Assembly: GCF_004010195.1 (NCBI RefSeq)
Contig: NC_057719.1
Coordinates: forward strand, 37,055,417 to 37,114,419
Source: Chiloscyllium plagiosum
Taxonomy: Eukaryota
DNA length: 59,003 bases
Direction of reading: 5' to 3'
Shown piece by piece: positions 11,788 to 23,437 of the stretch. Made by a program: the position numbers and the translations under genes. The notes beneath the pieces were generated by a model. It was not told the DNA's origin and ran no database searches. It worked only from the letters and a program-made list of their open reading frames with translations. How positions within the stretch are numbered: the stretch's first letter is position 1; every line of letters begins with the position of its first letter.

Positions 11788-14252
11788 CTAAAAGCAAATT
11801 GCAAATCAAATCAGGAAAAAACATAATACATTAATTCTGAACATAATACATTGTTAGTTTATTCTCCAAAATTGAAAACACGTTACGTGAATAAGTTCTG
11901 TCAAAGTAATATCGATGGCTCGTGTATCAAAAGATTAATGTTTTATACTTGTCATAAGATATGTGGGTATTTTTGCTGCACATAAATTTACAAATATTTA
12001 CAGGAATATATTAGAAAGTGGAATAGATACAATCCTGTAAGCTAAAGTGAGGACACTTCACTTTCTAACACTTTTGGCATTATGCCAAGCTACTTCAAAT
12101 AAATCATAAACTATTTTAAAAGTTAATTTGAATTAAATGCTTGGGAAAGACATCATATTAAAGACTTTTAAACAAAGATCCAAGTTTAATAATGTGTGGG
12201 CTATCAAAGTTCTAGGATTATCTTGCTGTTCATGAAGCCAAGCAAAACTTTAATTTCCATGACCCAGTAACACTTTCAGAGTTACTCTGTGCTAAATTCT
12301 GTTCTTTATTTCAGATACAGACCAAAACGTTTGCTATTAAAAGAAAATGATCTAACTACAGAATTTAAAGATCAAATATGAATAGATCATACAGATGAAC
12401 TTCCACCAGCTCCAATGATAAGAGAAAATTGCATTCTAGTGGCTTTGGAAATATAACACCACATTGTTTAATATAAACTCCTACTTAGCAGTTTGCCAAC
12501 ATAACAGAGTCCTGTTTTTTGTTGTCTGGCCTGAAGCAACAAAATTCAGCTTCAGAAAAATATGATCACATCGACAGTATTTACATGAGAATTGGAGAGG
12601 CTGGTATCAAAAGCTTAGTTATCAAAGAATCAAATGTCGAAATGTTGCTTTCTTATAATTCCTCAATTGGTCATTTTCAGTTTCAAATCCTACTTTTTGC
12701 TTTGTTATTGATCGAATAAATGTGATAACAATGTTGGGGTCAGTAAAAGAAAGTCATAGCTGTGTGATTTATTACACTGTATGTGTTTGAAATCTGCACC
12801 TTTAAACAGTTGACTCTGCATAGCCCTCAGGCGAGGCAAAATGAACTTCAGCACAAACAGAGCTTCTTTCATTGGTGTCAAAATTGGCAGTCAGATTCTA
12901 AATGTTTGTAAAGAGTCTTTTAAAATAATCAGATATAGTAATAGTCATATTTTTGTCTTTTTCGTGAAACATTCAATGAAAAGCTATTCCCCAGATGGCT
13001 GTGAACGAGGTAAAAATGTAACTTTTTAAGAAAAGCTAACGACCAAATGCTTTTGGCAGGAATGCATAAGAAATATAACTCATTTAGGTTTCTTAACATT
13101 GAAAGCCTGAAAAATAACTGAGTCTTTTAAGAAATAATTTAAAAAGTGCACAAATTTATAATAGATACCAAGGACTTGAATTTCAATCTGGAATCAGAAC
13201 CCTAATATTCAGATAAAGTCTGGATGTTGATCCTGTGCCACTTTTGCATTATTTGGATGATGGCATCTTCGAACGTAGTTACCCTAATTAGGCCACCAGC
13301 AAGTGTTGTGCTCAATTAAAATCATTAAGTGCTGCCAGCAGGCAGGAATTGACTCCGAAGTACATTCTGTGAAGGTAGACAACAGCCATGATAGTGCCTG
13401 CCACTGCCTTCAAGAATAGAGAAGGTTGAACTCAGGTGACTACTCTCCTGAAATAGAAAATTGGCCAAAACAGTGAATAAAAAGGTATTATATCTGATGC
13501 AATAAACATTATTGTCAAAAAGATTTATTCAGTTAAAAAAAGTTATTTACTGTCTTCTATCAGTGCAATTGATAGCATTGAACTAATGTATGGCAGGCTG
13601 TGGGGCATAACAATCTGCAGTTTGAAAGCCATCATCTGGTTCTCCTTGTCCATCCTCAAGGAGATTCTCAAGGACCATGACAGGCAGTTGATTAGAGGTG
13701 AAAGAGTTTCTGGTTCCTCTGCTTTCATTTTTAAAACAGCAATGTGTCCCAGAAGCATCAGGACATCAACAATGCATCTGAGAATATGCTGCAAGTTATG
13801 GGATGTAGACAAGAAAATGGAGATGAGACCACAACCAGATCAGCTATAATCTTATTAAACTGTGGAGGAGATTTGAAGGGCTAAATACTCTTCTCCTCCT
13901 CTGAAGTCCAATGTTTCTCAGGGAACCTTACTTTCAGTATGTGCAAGCAGCCATTCTTGCCTCCACAGGGAAGTATATATCAAACGCTGCAAAACATCCC
14001 TTCAGCGTCAACTAGGAAGGATCAACTATGAATGATTCCCAAGAGAAAGGTCAGAGCCTTGGATTTAGCATTTAGGTGACAGCTACAGACTAATAGAAAG
14101 ACAATAAAATAGTATTCTGAAGGATGAAATTAAATTGGCCAGAGGGACTTCTTCCTTTAAAACTATGTCTGACTTCACTACCTTCTCTGACCTGTTCTTG
14201 ATCTTTCTTTACTCACATAAATTGACTAGATGATGCCTATTAGGGAAGTTTT

Positions 14253-14567
14253 TAGATTACCTACCTACAGTGTGGAAACAGGCCCTTCGGCCCAACAAGT
14301 CCACACTGACCCTCCGGAGAGTAACCCACCCAGATCCATTTCCCTCTGACTAATGCACCTAACACATTGGGCAATTTAGCATGGCCAATTCACCTGACCT
14401 GCACATCTTTGGACTGTGGGAGGAAACCGGAGCACCCAGAGGAAACCCACGCAGACATGGGGAGAATGTGCAAACTCCACACAGACAGTTGACCAAAGTT
14501 GGAATCGAACCTGGGTTCCTGGTGCTGTGAGGCAGCAGTGCTAACCACTGAGCCACCGTGCTGCCCC
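14253..14567 (-). mobile_element. HE1-like V-SINE
   Basis: Full head, V-domain and tail in reverse complement. Confidence 0.93.
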
Positions 14568-14571
14568 AAGT

Positions 14572-17065
14572 TAAGGATACTATTAGATTAGAAGAGGCTT
14601 ATAATATTACATGAGTCACAGAAACTTGCACAGGGTTATTAGAAGTTGATAATAAAGAAAAACACAAAAGCCAGGAACACAAAAGCAGAAAAGACCTCTT
14701 ATAGGCAAGTAAAAAGTAGGATGGCTGAAGTTAACATTCTCTAGAAGAGAGGAAATAATTTATCATGGGGCATGTAGAAATGCCCTGAGCCATTTAGCAA
14801 ATGTTATAAGGTAAGCTTATCTTCATTGTAGAATTCACAAGTTACGTAACTAAACAGTAACTGGGTTGGGGTGGGGATGGGGGATGGTGACTAATGTGTG
14901 AATTATCAGCGGAGAAGAACGTATCAAGAATTTTAACAGATTAAAACAAAGAAACCTCCAGACCTGATGAACCACTTCCCAACAGACCAAGAGAGGTAGC
15001 TGCTGAGATATTAGGTACATTCCTTGTCAGTTTTAACAATTCCCCAGATGCCAGAGCAGATCAGGCAGATTGGAAGTTAGCAGATAGTAAACACACAATT
15101 CAAGAAATGTGAGTGGGAAAACATAAAGAACCACAGTCTAATGAGCCTTTCATCAGTTGTCAGGAAAATGCTGGCATCTATTGTTAAGGAATTCTTAACA
15201 GTGCATTTAGAAAATCATAGCATGATGAGTCAAATACAACATACATTCATGGAAGAGATATTGTGTTTGACAAATTCATTAAAGACCTTTCTAAGAATGC
15301 AACTAGTGGGATAAACAAAGAGGAACCAGTAGATGTAAATACTAGCATTTCCAAAAGACATTTGATAAAGCAACATTCCAAAGCTTAAGCTAATAGATTT
15401 GGAGTTAAATATTAGCATGGACAGACGATTATTAATGAAAAAGAGACAGAGTTGGGACATGCAGAACATTTTCCAGTTTGCAGGTTGTAGCAAATGGAAT
15501 GCTGCAAAGATCAGTGGTAAGTCTCAAACAGAGCCCCAGCATCAATCAGGATAGGGTCTTCATCCAGAATCCATGTATAATAATAACTTCGACAAAAAGA
15601 CCAAGTAATGGATCAATTTTGCCAATGATATAAAGCTTGGTGAGACTGTAGATGGTGAGGAGGAAACAAAAAAGCTGCAAAGGCATGGAGATAATATGTG
15701 TGGGCAATGAGGTAGCAGGTGAAGTACAAAGTGGGGAAGTGTGAGGTTATTCCATTTGATGGTAACAATAGAAAAGCAGACTTTTTTTTAGAACATGCTG
15801 CTGTTCAGACAGACTTGGGTATTCACTGTAAAGGGAATATAAAAAGTTAATATGCAGGTTCAGTAAATAATTAAAGCAGCAAATGGTATTTTGGCCTTTA
15901 TTACAAGGAGTAAGAGAGTCTTACATAACGCATTGGTGAAAACTGTCCGCAGTTTTAATCTCCATAGAATAGAAAGGGTTTGGAGGAATATGGGCCAAAT
16001 GGAACTATAGTAATTTAGAATATCTGGTCAGCATGGATGAGTTGGACTGAAGGGATTTTTTCTATGCTGTGCATCTCTATGATTCTACCTAAAAAAAAGT
16101 ATTATACTTGCACTGAAGGTGCTGCTGAGATGTGAGAACTGTCCAGTACTGACAGGCTATATAGACTGCACCTACACTCTCTGGAACTTAGAAGAATGAG
16201 AAGTGGTCACATAGAAGCATACAGGGTTTTGATGGGACTTGTTAGAGTAGCTCCAGAAAGTTGATCGCCACCCCTGACTAGAGAATCAAGAACACTAGGA
16301 CACAGTCTCAGAATAAAGAGTCAATCATCGAGGACTGAAAGTTGGAGAAAATTCTTCAAAGTGTTGTGAAATCTTTGGAACTTCCAAATACTGAGTACAT
16401 TTAAGGCTGAGTTAGACAGCTTTTGCTCTTTTAATGAATCGAGAAATAGGTGTTGCGAAATCATGTTGAGGTTGTACAGGACAATGCTGAGGCCTCTTCT
16501 GGAATACTGTGTCCAGTTCTGCCTGCCCAGTTATGGGAAGAATAATATTAAGCTGGAGAGGGTTCATAAGAGATTTACCAGGATGTTGCCAGGTAGCGAA
16601 GGTCTGAATTATAAAGAAAGACTGTGAGTTTTTTCACTGGAGCGTAGGATGTTGAGAGGTAACCTTATAGAAGTTTGTAAAGTAATGAGAGTTATAGATG
16701 ATCTTAATGGTAGTTGTCATTTCCTTAGGAGGGGGATTTCAAGACTAGGGGTTAGATTTTTAAAGGTGAGAGGAGTGGGATTTAAAAAAAGACATGAGAG
16801 GCAAACGTTTTACACAGAGGGTGCTGCGTGTGTAGAATGAACTTCCTGAGGAAGTGAGGATATGTGTACAATTATAATGTATATACATAAAAAGGAAAGA
16901 TTTGTAGGGATACGGGCCAGGAGCAGGCAGGTGGGATGAGTTTAGTTTGGGATTATGTTCAGCATGGACTGGTTGTAACGAAGAGTTTATTTCTCTGTGG
17001 TCATACTGATTAATAGAGAAGACTAGAGGGTCAGTATGGTCTACTCTGCCCCATTTGCCATGGTC
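14572..17065 (+). mobile_element. Cluster of decayed CR1 LINE fragments (old RT region plus nested younger 3' ends at ~15965-16085 and ~16450-17000)
   Basis: Degenerate RT landmarks (tttgccaatgata, FADD-like; ccaaaagacatttgataa, FQKAFD-like). LEYCVQF and LRGNLIEVCKVM motifs at 16490-16700. Confidence 0.8.
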
Positions 17066-17550
17066 TCAAACTGCATTCAAGTGAGTTCCATTTAGTAGCA
17101 AACATGTTCCATGTAGCACATTTTCCATTAATTTCTGAACTTCCTTTTAAGTACAAGTAGTTTTGCTTTTACAGCGAGCACTTATTTTTTCGAAAGCTAT
17201 GTAGCACTTGGATGTGTTAACATGACCTTTTGTTTTATAGTCTGTTGCATTAATCATTGACGAATGACTCATTCACATAGCAAAAGCTTTGAATATGTAT
17301 TAACAACTTGACAGACCATCCATGTTTCAACAGCACAGTTATTTTTAGAACTTGTCCAATGTCAGTCATCAAACAACTTTCTTAGCATTTAAGTATTACC
17401 CATTGTCAAAAATTCTGCCTCTTGTAAAATATTTCACAGTACTTACTGATATTATAGCCTGGTGCCTTTTGAACATCAACGCACTGTGGTATGGGATAGC
17501 CATTCACAGTTCTGTGCACAGCAAGTTCCCAATTCTAGCCCTTTCCCAAT

Positions 17551-17898
17551 TCTAATCCCTACAGTGTGGAAGCAGGACATTCAGCCTATTAAGTCCACAC
17601 TGCCCTTCCGAAAAGCATCCCACCCAAAACCATCCTATATCTCTAACCCTGCATTTCCCAGGGCTAACCCATCTATCCTGCACATCGTTGGACACCATGG
17701 GCAATTAAGCATTGCTGATCCAACTGATCTGCACATCTTTGGACTGTGGGAGGAAACCAGAGTACTTGGAGAAAGCCCATACAGATATGGGGAGAATGTG
17801 AAACTCTACACAGACAAACAGTCGCTGAAGGCTGAAATTGAACCTGTGTCTCTGGCACTGTGAGGCAGCAGTGCTAAACACTGAGAAACTGTGCCGCC
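17551..17898 (-). mobile_element. HE1-like V-SINE (older, diverged)
   Basis: V-domain and tRNA head in reverse complement; internal repeat of ctgcacatc. Confidence 0.88.
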
Positions 17899-18169
17899 AC
17901 AGGAAAAACAGGAAGGAGTATGTACTGAATTAATCTTGACTGCTCTATGCATACCTTTTGAGGCTGGTTACATAAGAGAATCAGCAGAAAGTCAGGAACA
18001 GATCACTTACAGAATCTTACAACTGAGATATGTTGGGTGACACTGGAGGCTTTAAACATCTGTATATAGCTTTGTATTGCTGTGAGTTGATGTACACTTA
18101 TTTCGCATGAGGGTACCATTTATCAAAAACAAATTATTGTTACAAGTAAGTAGTCGATAATACTAATGT

Positions 18170-18508
18170 GGGCGGCACGGTGGGAGTGGGCGGCACAGTG
18201 GCACAGTGGTTAGCACTGCTGCCTCACAGCGCCAGAGACCCAGGTTCAATTCCCGCCTCAGGCGACTGACTGTGTGGAGTTTGCACATTCTCCCCGTGTC
18301 TGCGTGGGTTTCCTCCGGGTGCTCTGGTTTCCTCCCACAGTCCAAAGATGTGTAGGTCAGGTGAAGTGGCCATGCTAAATTGCCCGTAGTGTTAGGTAAG
18401 GGGTAAATGTAGGGGTATGGGTGGGTTGCGCTTCGGCGGGGCGGTGTGGGCTTGTTGGCCAAAGGGCCTGTTTCCACACTGTAAGTAATCTAATCTAATC
18501 TAATCTAA
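18170..18508 (+). mobile_element. HE1-like V-SINE (young) with duplicated 5' end
   Basis: gtgggcggcacggtgg occurs twice at the head (1 mismatch); intact A/B boxes and V-domain; (taatc)n tail. Confidence 0.95.
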
Positions 18509-18629
18509 TAACTGTGGCTATATCTAATGGCACGTTATAGGATCAGAGCATTAGTAAGAGGAAACGTATAGCTAGAATTCCAGGATAATTATTGAATGAT
18601 TAAAAAAATATGAGGTACTAGGTTATGGG

Positions 18630-19060
18630 GCAGATTCTTGACATGGAAGTCAGAATGGGTAGCGAGCAACTTTAGCTCATCACTCAGCACACAACAGCAC
18701 CTCAGGACATGACCCATGGGCACCCACATGGGCACTTCTCATACAAGTATCCAATAATTGATAACCCCTCAGGATCCTCATGGCACATCTCCTATCCACT
18801 TGCTGGATACTTAGGAAATGCACACCTGTAGTCAGGGTGTTCTGGCAATGAGTATTGAAAGGCTGTTGCGAAGTTACAGGGACAGCCAGCTAATTCATGG
18901 ATTGCACTAGGCTGCAACACAGGGCTGCTCACTTGCTCTCAGCACTCGCTCTTTTAATGCTTACCTCGCAGCACCCAGGCCTGTCTTTGCCTTGCCTCAC
19001 TCTCCCTATTAGCATAGTCTATCAACCAGACAAAATGGCAAACATTGGATTTTCCTGGGT
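18630..19060. repeat. Unclassified interspersed repeat, related copy at ~26915-27290
   Basis: Both regions share colinear blocks cttg(a/c)catggaagtcaga, catgggcac and cctcatgg(c/t)acatct. Confidence 0.55.
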
Positions 19061-19556
19061 GTTTTGGTGCATAGCACTGTAGGAAGCACTCACTCCCATG
19101 AAAAGCTTGAGTGTCATTTTGACATCAGTATACATCCCATCTACAGAGCTCTTGTGAGACAGTGGGCCTGGAGTTTTGAAGGACTGTGCTTGAAGGTCTG
19201 GGTTCAAGTCCCACTAGCCCTAGACATGACATGCTAAAACAGGCTGATTAAAAATATCGACAGTTCAACTATTAAAACATGCTCCTGTGCTGAGGGGTGG
19301 ACTGCGGGATAAATCTAAGAGCTGGTATAGTATACTCCCTGGCACATCAAAACTGCCACACTCTTTTATATTGCTTTTAAAATTGGCAGCATTAGCATCA
19401 ATCATGCCCAATAGCTGTTCCAATGCTATCAGAAACAAAAAGGAGTTCAGCTACAGAGGAATGAAACAAGAAGCAATCAGAACAATAATCAGGAATATAA
19501 TTTGTTCATCCCTGATGATGTACTATTCAGATTTTCAATTATCTCTTCCTTTAATG

Positions 19557-20177
19557 TGTGGTGATGTTGAAGCTGTAGCTTTATTTTGTCCTGTTTTGTT
19601 TTGAAGAGAGGTTGTAAGGAGACGTTCCAAGCAGTCTACCAAAACCACTGGAGTAAACAGCTTGTGAGGTCTTGGTTTTTTTTTAAAGTTGGAACAATAA
19701 AAGCAGTCTGGCTGGGTGTGGCTAGCACTCACAGATGAGGATTTCTCAGTTTTTTTTAGTTTTTAGGTTCAGCTTTAAGCAGTTGCTGTTGTGGGCTTCA
19801 AATTGAAGTGATCATTCTCCCTCTCTTGGTTACAGCTATGTTTCTTTTTGTTGCTGGATTGTCTGTGAGACAAATCTGAACCTGCCTTTTTGCCAAAGAG
19901 TGTGTTTAATGGATGTTACTATATTGGAACAGTTAATTAGTAGTAGTTCTCTATCTATTATTCTGTTACATTTTCTAATAGAGTTAATTTTCTTTCTTTG
20001 GATGTATTTCAACTATAGCATTTAAATAAATTATGCTTTGCTTAATGTTGAGTAGTTTGACCACTGAAATTGCACCCAGAACATGGCACATTGCATTTGT
20101 CTTTAAAAATAAGAAAATTTGAGGGTCCAGGCTACCTTCTTAAAATATTTTGAGGGGATCTGGTCTGGTCCATAATA
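19557..20177. mobile_element. Solo LTR (621 bp) with 4-bp TSD
   Basis: Starts TG, ends ..cataaTA (probably decayed CA); AATG on both sides (19553-19556 and 20178-20181); AATAAA at ~20025; no coding content. Confidence 0.6.
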
Positions 20178-20443
20178 AATGTGAAATTGTAAGATTCCAC
20201 TGTATAATGTACTTCACAGATTCTACAGTAACATTTATGAAAAATCATGAAGATAAGTTCAAAAACCTAACTTGAGCCTTTGACCTCTCTTTTACTTCTA
20301 AACAGTTTACTAAAATTGTAAAATTGTCGAATCAACTTGAGAGGTAGTCAATAAAAACACAAGTTTTCAGCAAATAACTGGTAGGTCTGAGGAGGTTGAA
20401 CAATTCATCAACTTCACCAATACATTCCACCCCAACCTTAAAT

Positions 20444-21785
20444 GCATGTTAAGGATGAAATTTCTAAATTCTTGGAAGTGCAGGCTTGGATTAGAACAAG
20501 TCAGCATGGATTTAGTAAGGGGAGGTAGTGCCGACAAACCTGTTAGAATTCTTTGAAGATGTCACAAGTAGGTGAGATCAGGGAAACCCAGTGGATGTTA
20601 TTTATCTAGACTTCCAAAAGACCTTTGATAAAGGTGCCCAGCGGGAAGCTGCTGAGTAAGGTGAGGGCCCGTGGTGTTCGAGGTGAGCTACTGGCATGGT
20701 TTGAAGATTGGCTGTCTGACAGGAAGCAGAGAGTTTGGATAAAAGGTTCTTTTTCAGAATGGTAGCTAGTGACAAGTGGTGTCCCGCAGGGTTCAGTGTT
20801 GGGTCCACAGCTGTTCACTTTATATATTAATGATCTGGATGAAGGGACTGGGGGCATTCTGGCAATGTTTGCCGATGATATGAAGTTAGGCGGACAGACA
20901 GGTAGTACTGAAAAGGTGGGGAGGCTGCAGAAAGATGTAGACAGTTTAGGAGAGTAATCCAGGAAATGGCTGATGAAATTCAACGTGAGCAAATGAGAGG
21001 TCTTGCACTTCGGCAAAAAGAATACAGGCATGGACTATTTTCTAATCAGTGAGAAAATTCATAAAGCCAAAGTACAAAGGGATCTGGGAGTGCTGTCCAG
21101 GACTCTCTAAAGGTTGACTTGCAGGTTGAGTCCGTGGTTAAGAAAGCAAATGTAATGTTGTCATTTATCTCAAGAAGGTTGGAATATAAAAGCAGCGATG
21201 TGCTCCTGAGACTTCATAAAGCTCTAGTTATGCCTCATTTAGAATACTGTATCCAGTTTTGGGCCCCACAACTCAGGAAGGACATACTGGCACTGGAGCA
21301 TGTCCAGCGGAGACTCACACGGATGATCCCTGGAATGGTAGGCCTAACATACGATGAATGGTTGAGGATCCTGGGATTGTATTCATTAGAGTTTAGAAAG
21401 TTGTGGGAGATCTAATAGAAATTTACAAGAAAATGCATGGCTTAGAAAGGGTGGATGCTGGGAATTTGTTTCCGTTAGTCGGGGAGACTAGGACCGTGGC
21501 CACAGCCTTAAAATTAGAAGGGATCAATTTAAAATGGAAATGAGGAGACATTTCTTCAGCCAGAGAGTGGTGGGCCTGTGGAATTCATTGCCATGGAGCG
21601 CAGTGGAGGCCGGGACGTTAAATGTCTTCAAGGCAGAAATTGATAAATTCTTCACCTCGCAAGGAATTAAGGGCTATGGGGAGAGTGCAGGTAAGTGGAG
21701 TTGAAATGCCTATCAGCCATGATTGAATGGTGGAGTGGACTCAATGGGCTGAATGGTCTTACTTCTACTCCTACATCTTTTGGTC
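20444..21785 (+). mobile_element. CR1 LINE (1.34 kb, 5'-truncated) inserted into the Penelope RT
   Basis: TSGVPQGSVLGPQLFTLYINDL...FADD RT core and CR1 C-terminus; taaat duplicated at 20439-20443 and 21786-21790. Confidence 0.93.
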
Positions 21786-22650
21786 TAAATTCACCTGGAC
21801 CATCTCTGTCACATCCCTCCCTTTCCTGGACCTCTCCATCTCCATCAACGGTGACCGACTCAACACTGACATTTTCTACAAACCCACCGACTCCCACAGC
21901 TACTTGGATTACACCTCCTCCCAGCCTGTCAAAATGCTATCCCTTATTCTCAATTCTTCTGCCTCCGCCGCATCAGGAGGACCAGTTCCATCACAGATGG
22001 TCTCCTTCTTTAAAGACTGCAATTTCCCCTCCCATGTGGTTGATGATGCCCTCCAGCGCATCTCATCCACTTCCTGCACCTCTGCTTTCAAACCCTACCC
22101 CTCCAACTGCAACAAGGACAGAAACCCCCCCCTTCTGTCCTCACCTTACACCCCACTAAGCTCTGGATAAACCGCATCATCTGCTGCCATTTCCGTCACC
22201 TACAAACAGACCCCACCACCTGAGATATATTTCCCTCCCCACCCCTATCTGCTTTCCATAAAGACTGTTCCCTCTGCGACTACCTCAAAAGATCCACGTT
22301 CCCCCAACAACCCAGCCTCCCCTCCTGGCACCTTCCCCTGCCACTGCACCTATGCCCATACCTCCCCCTCACTACCATCCTAGGCTGCAAAGGTGCCTTC
22401 CACATCCATCAAAGTTTCACCTACACTTCCACATGTCATTTACTGTATCCGCTGCTCCTGATGCGGTCTCGTCTATATTGGGGAGATAGGATGCCAAATC
22501 CCATAGCGCTTCAGAGAACATCTCCGGTACTCCCGCATCAACCAACCCTACCGCCCTGTGGCCGCACACTTTAATTCCCCTTCCCCTTTGCAACCGCAGG
22601 AGGTGCAACACTTGCGCCCACACCTCCCCCCTCACTTCTCTCCAAGGCCT

Positions 22651-22818
22651 TAGGTCAGGATCACGGTGAAGCAGACTGGGATCACATTTAATTAGGTCAG
22701 GATCACAGTGAACCAGACTGGGATCACGGATAGTTAGGTCAGGATCACGGTAAAGCAGACTGGGATCACATTTAATTAGGTCAGGATCACAGTGAACCAG
22801 ACTGGGATCACGGATAGT
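22651..22818. repeat. Hierarchical minisatellite: 21-bp subunits, 42-bp units, 84-bp higher-order repeat x2
   Basis: Unit A taggtcaggatcacggtgaagcagactgggatcacatttaat and unit B taggtcaggatcacagtgaaccagactgggatcacggatagt, arranged ABAB; ggatcac recurs every 21 bp. Confidence 0.95.
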
Positions 22819-22938
22819 TAGTCTCCTCCGACCTATCACCCTCACCTTGACCTCTTTCCACCTATCACATTTCCAACGCCCCTCCTCCCAGTCCCTCCTC
22901 CCTACCTTTTATCTTCTCCTGCTGAACACTCTCTGCTC

Positions 22939-22974
22939 ATTCCTGAGGAAGGGCCTGTGCCCGAAACGTCGAAT
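22939..22974 (+). ncRNA. Minimal type I hammerhead ribozyme motif, core intact
   Basis: attc-CTGAGGA-A-GGGC-ctgt-GCCC-GAAA-CG-TC-gaat; stem I attc/gaat. Confidence 0.8.
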
Positions 22975-23401
22975 CTCCTGTTCCCTGGATGCTGCCTGAC
23001 CTGCTGTGCTGTTCCAGCAATAAAGTTTCAACTTAATTCCCCTTCCCACTCTGCCGAGGATATGCAGGTCATGGGTCTCCTCCATGACCACTTCCTTACC
23101 ACCCAACGCCGGGAGAAAGAACTTCCGGCTCGGGACCCTCCAACCCCATGGTATCAATGTGGATTTCACCAGCTTTCACATTTCCCCTCCCCCCCACCTT
23201 ATCCCAGTTCCAACCTTCCAGCTCAGCTACACTTCATGACCTGTCCTGCCTGTCCATCTTCCTTCCCACCTATCCGCTCCACCCTCCTCTCCAACCTACC
23301 ACCTTTACCCCACCTCCATCCACCTACTGCACTCTCAGCTACCTTCCCCCCCAGCCCCAGCCCCCTCCCATTTATCTCTCCACCCCCAGGCTCCCATCCT
23401 C

Positions 23402-23437
23402 ATTCCTGATGAAGGGCTTTTGCCCAAAATGTTGGTT
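23402..23437 (+). ncRNA. Degenerate hammerhead motif, probably inactive
   Basis: attc-CTGATGA-A-GGGC-tttt-GCCC-AAAA-TG-TT-ggtt; GAAA>AAAA and CG>TG changes fit CpG decay. Confidence 0.65.

Larger units (their letters stand above)
22586..23032 (+). mobile_element. Internally deleted Penelope derivative with minisatellite cargo, nested in Penelope
   Basis: 15-bp TSD ttaattccccttccc at 22571-22585 and 23033-23047. Contains a CNRRRCNTCAHTSPLTSLQG linker fragment, a tandem repeat and a terminal repeat with hammerhead. Confidence 0.85.

Noticed and set aside
18188..18262. Functional tRNA genes at SINE heads
   Set aside because: A/B boxes continue directly into V-domain and LINE-like tails; these are SINE heads, not cloverleaf genes.
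22651..22818. CRISPR-like array
   Set aside because: No unique spacers (ABAB units), vertebrate intronic context and no cas genes.
22417..22845. Repeat-protein-like ORF (DPSLVHCDPDL)
   Set aside because: Explained by the 42-bp minisatellite and antisense Penelope sequence.
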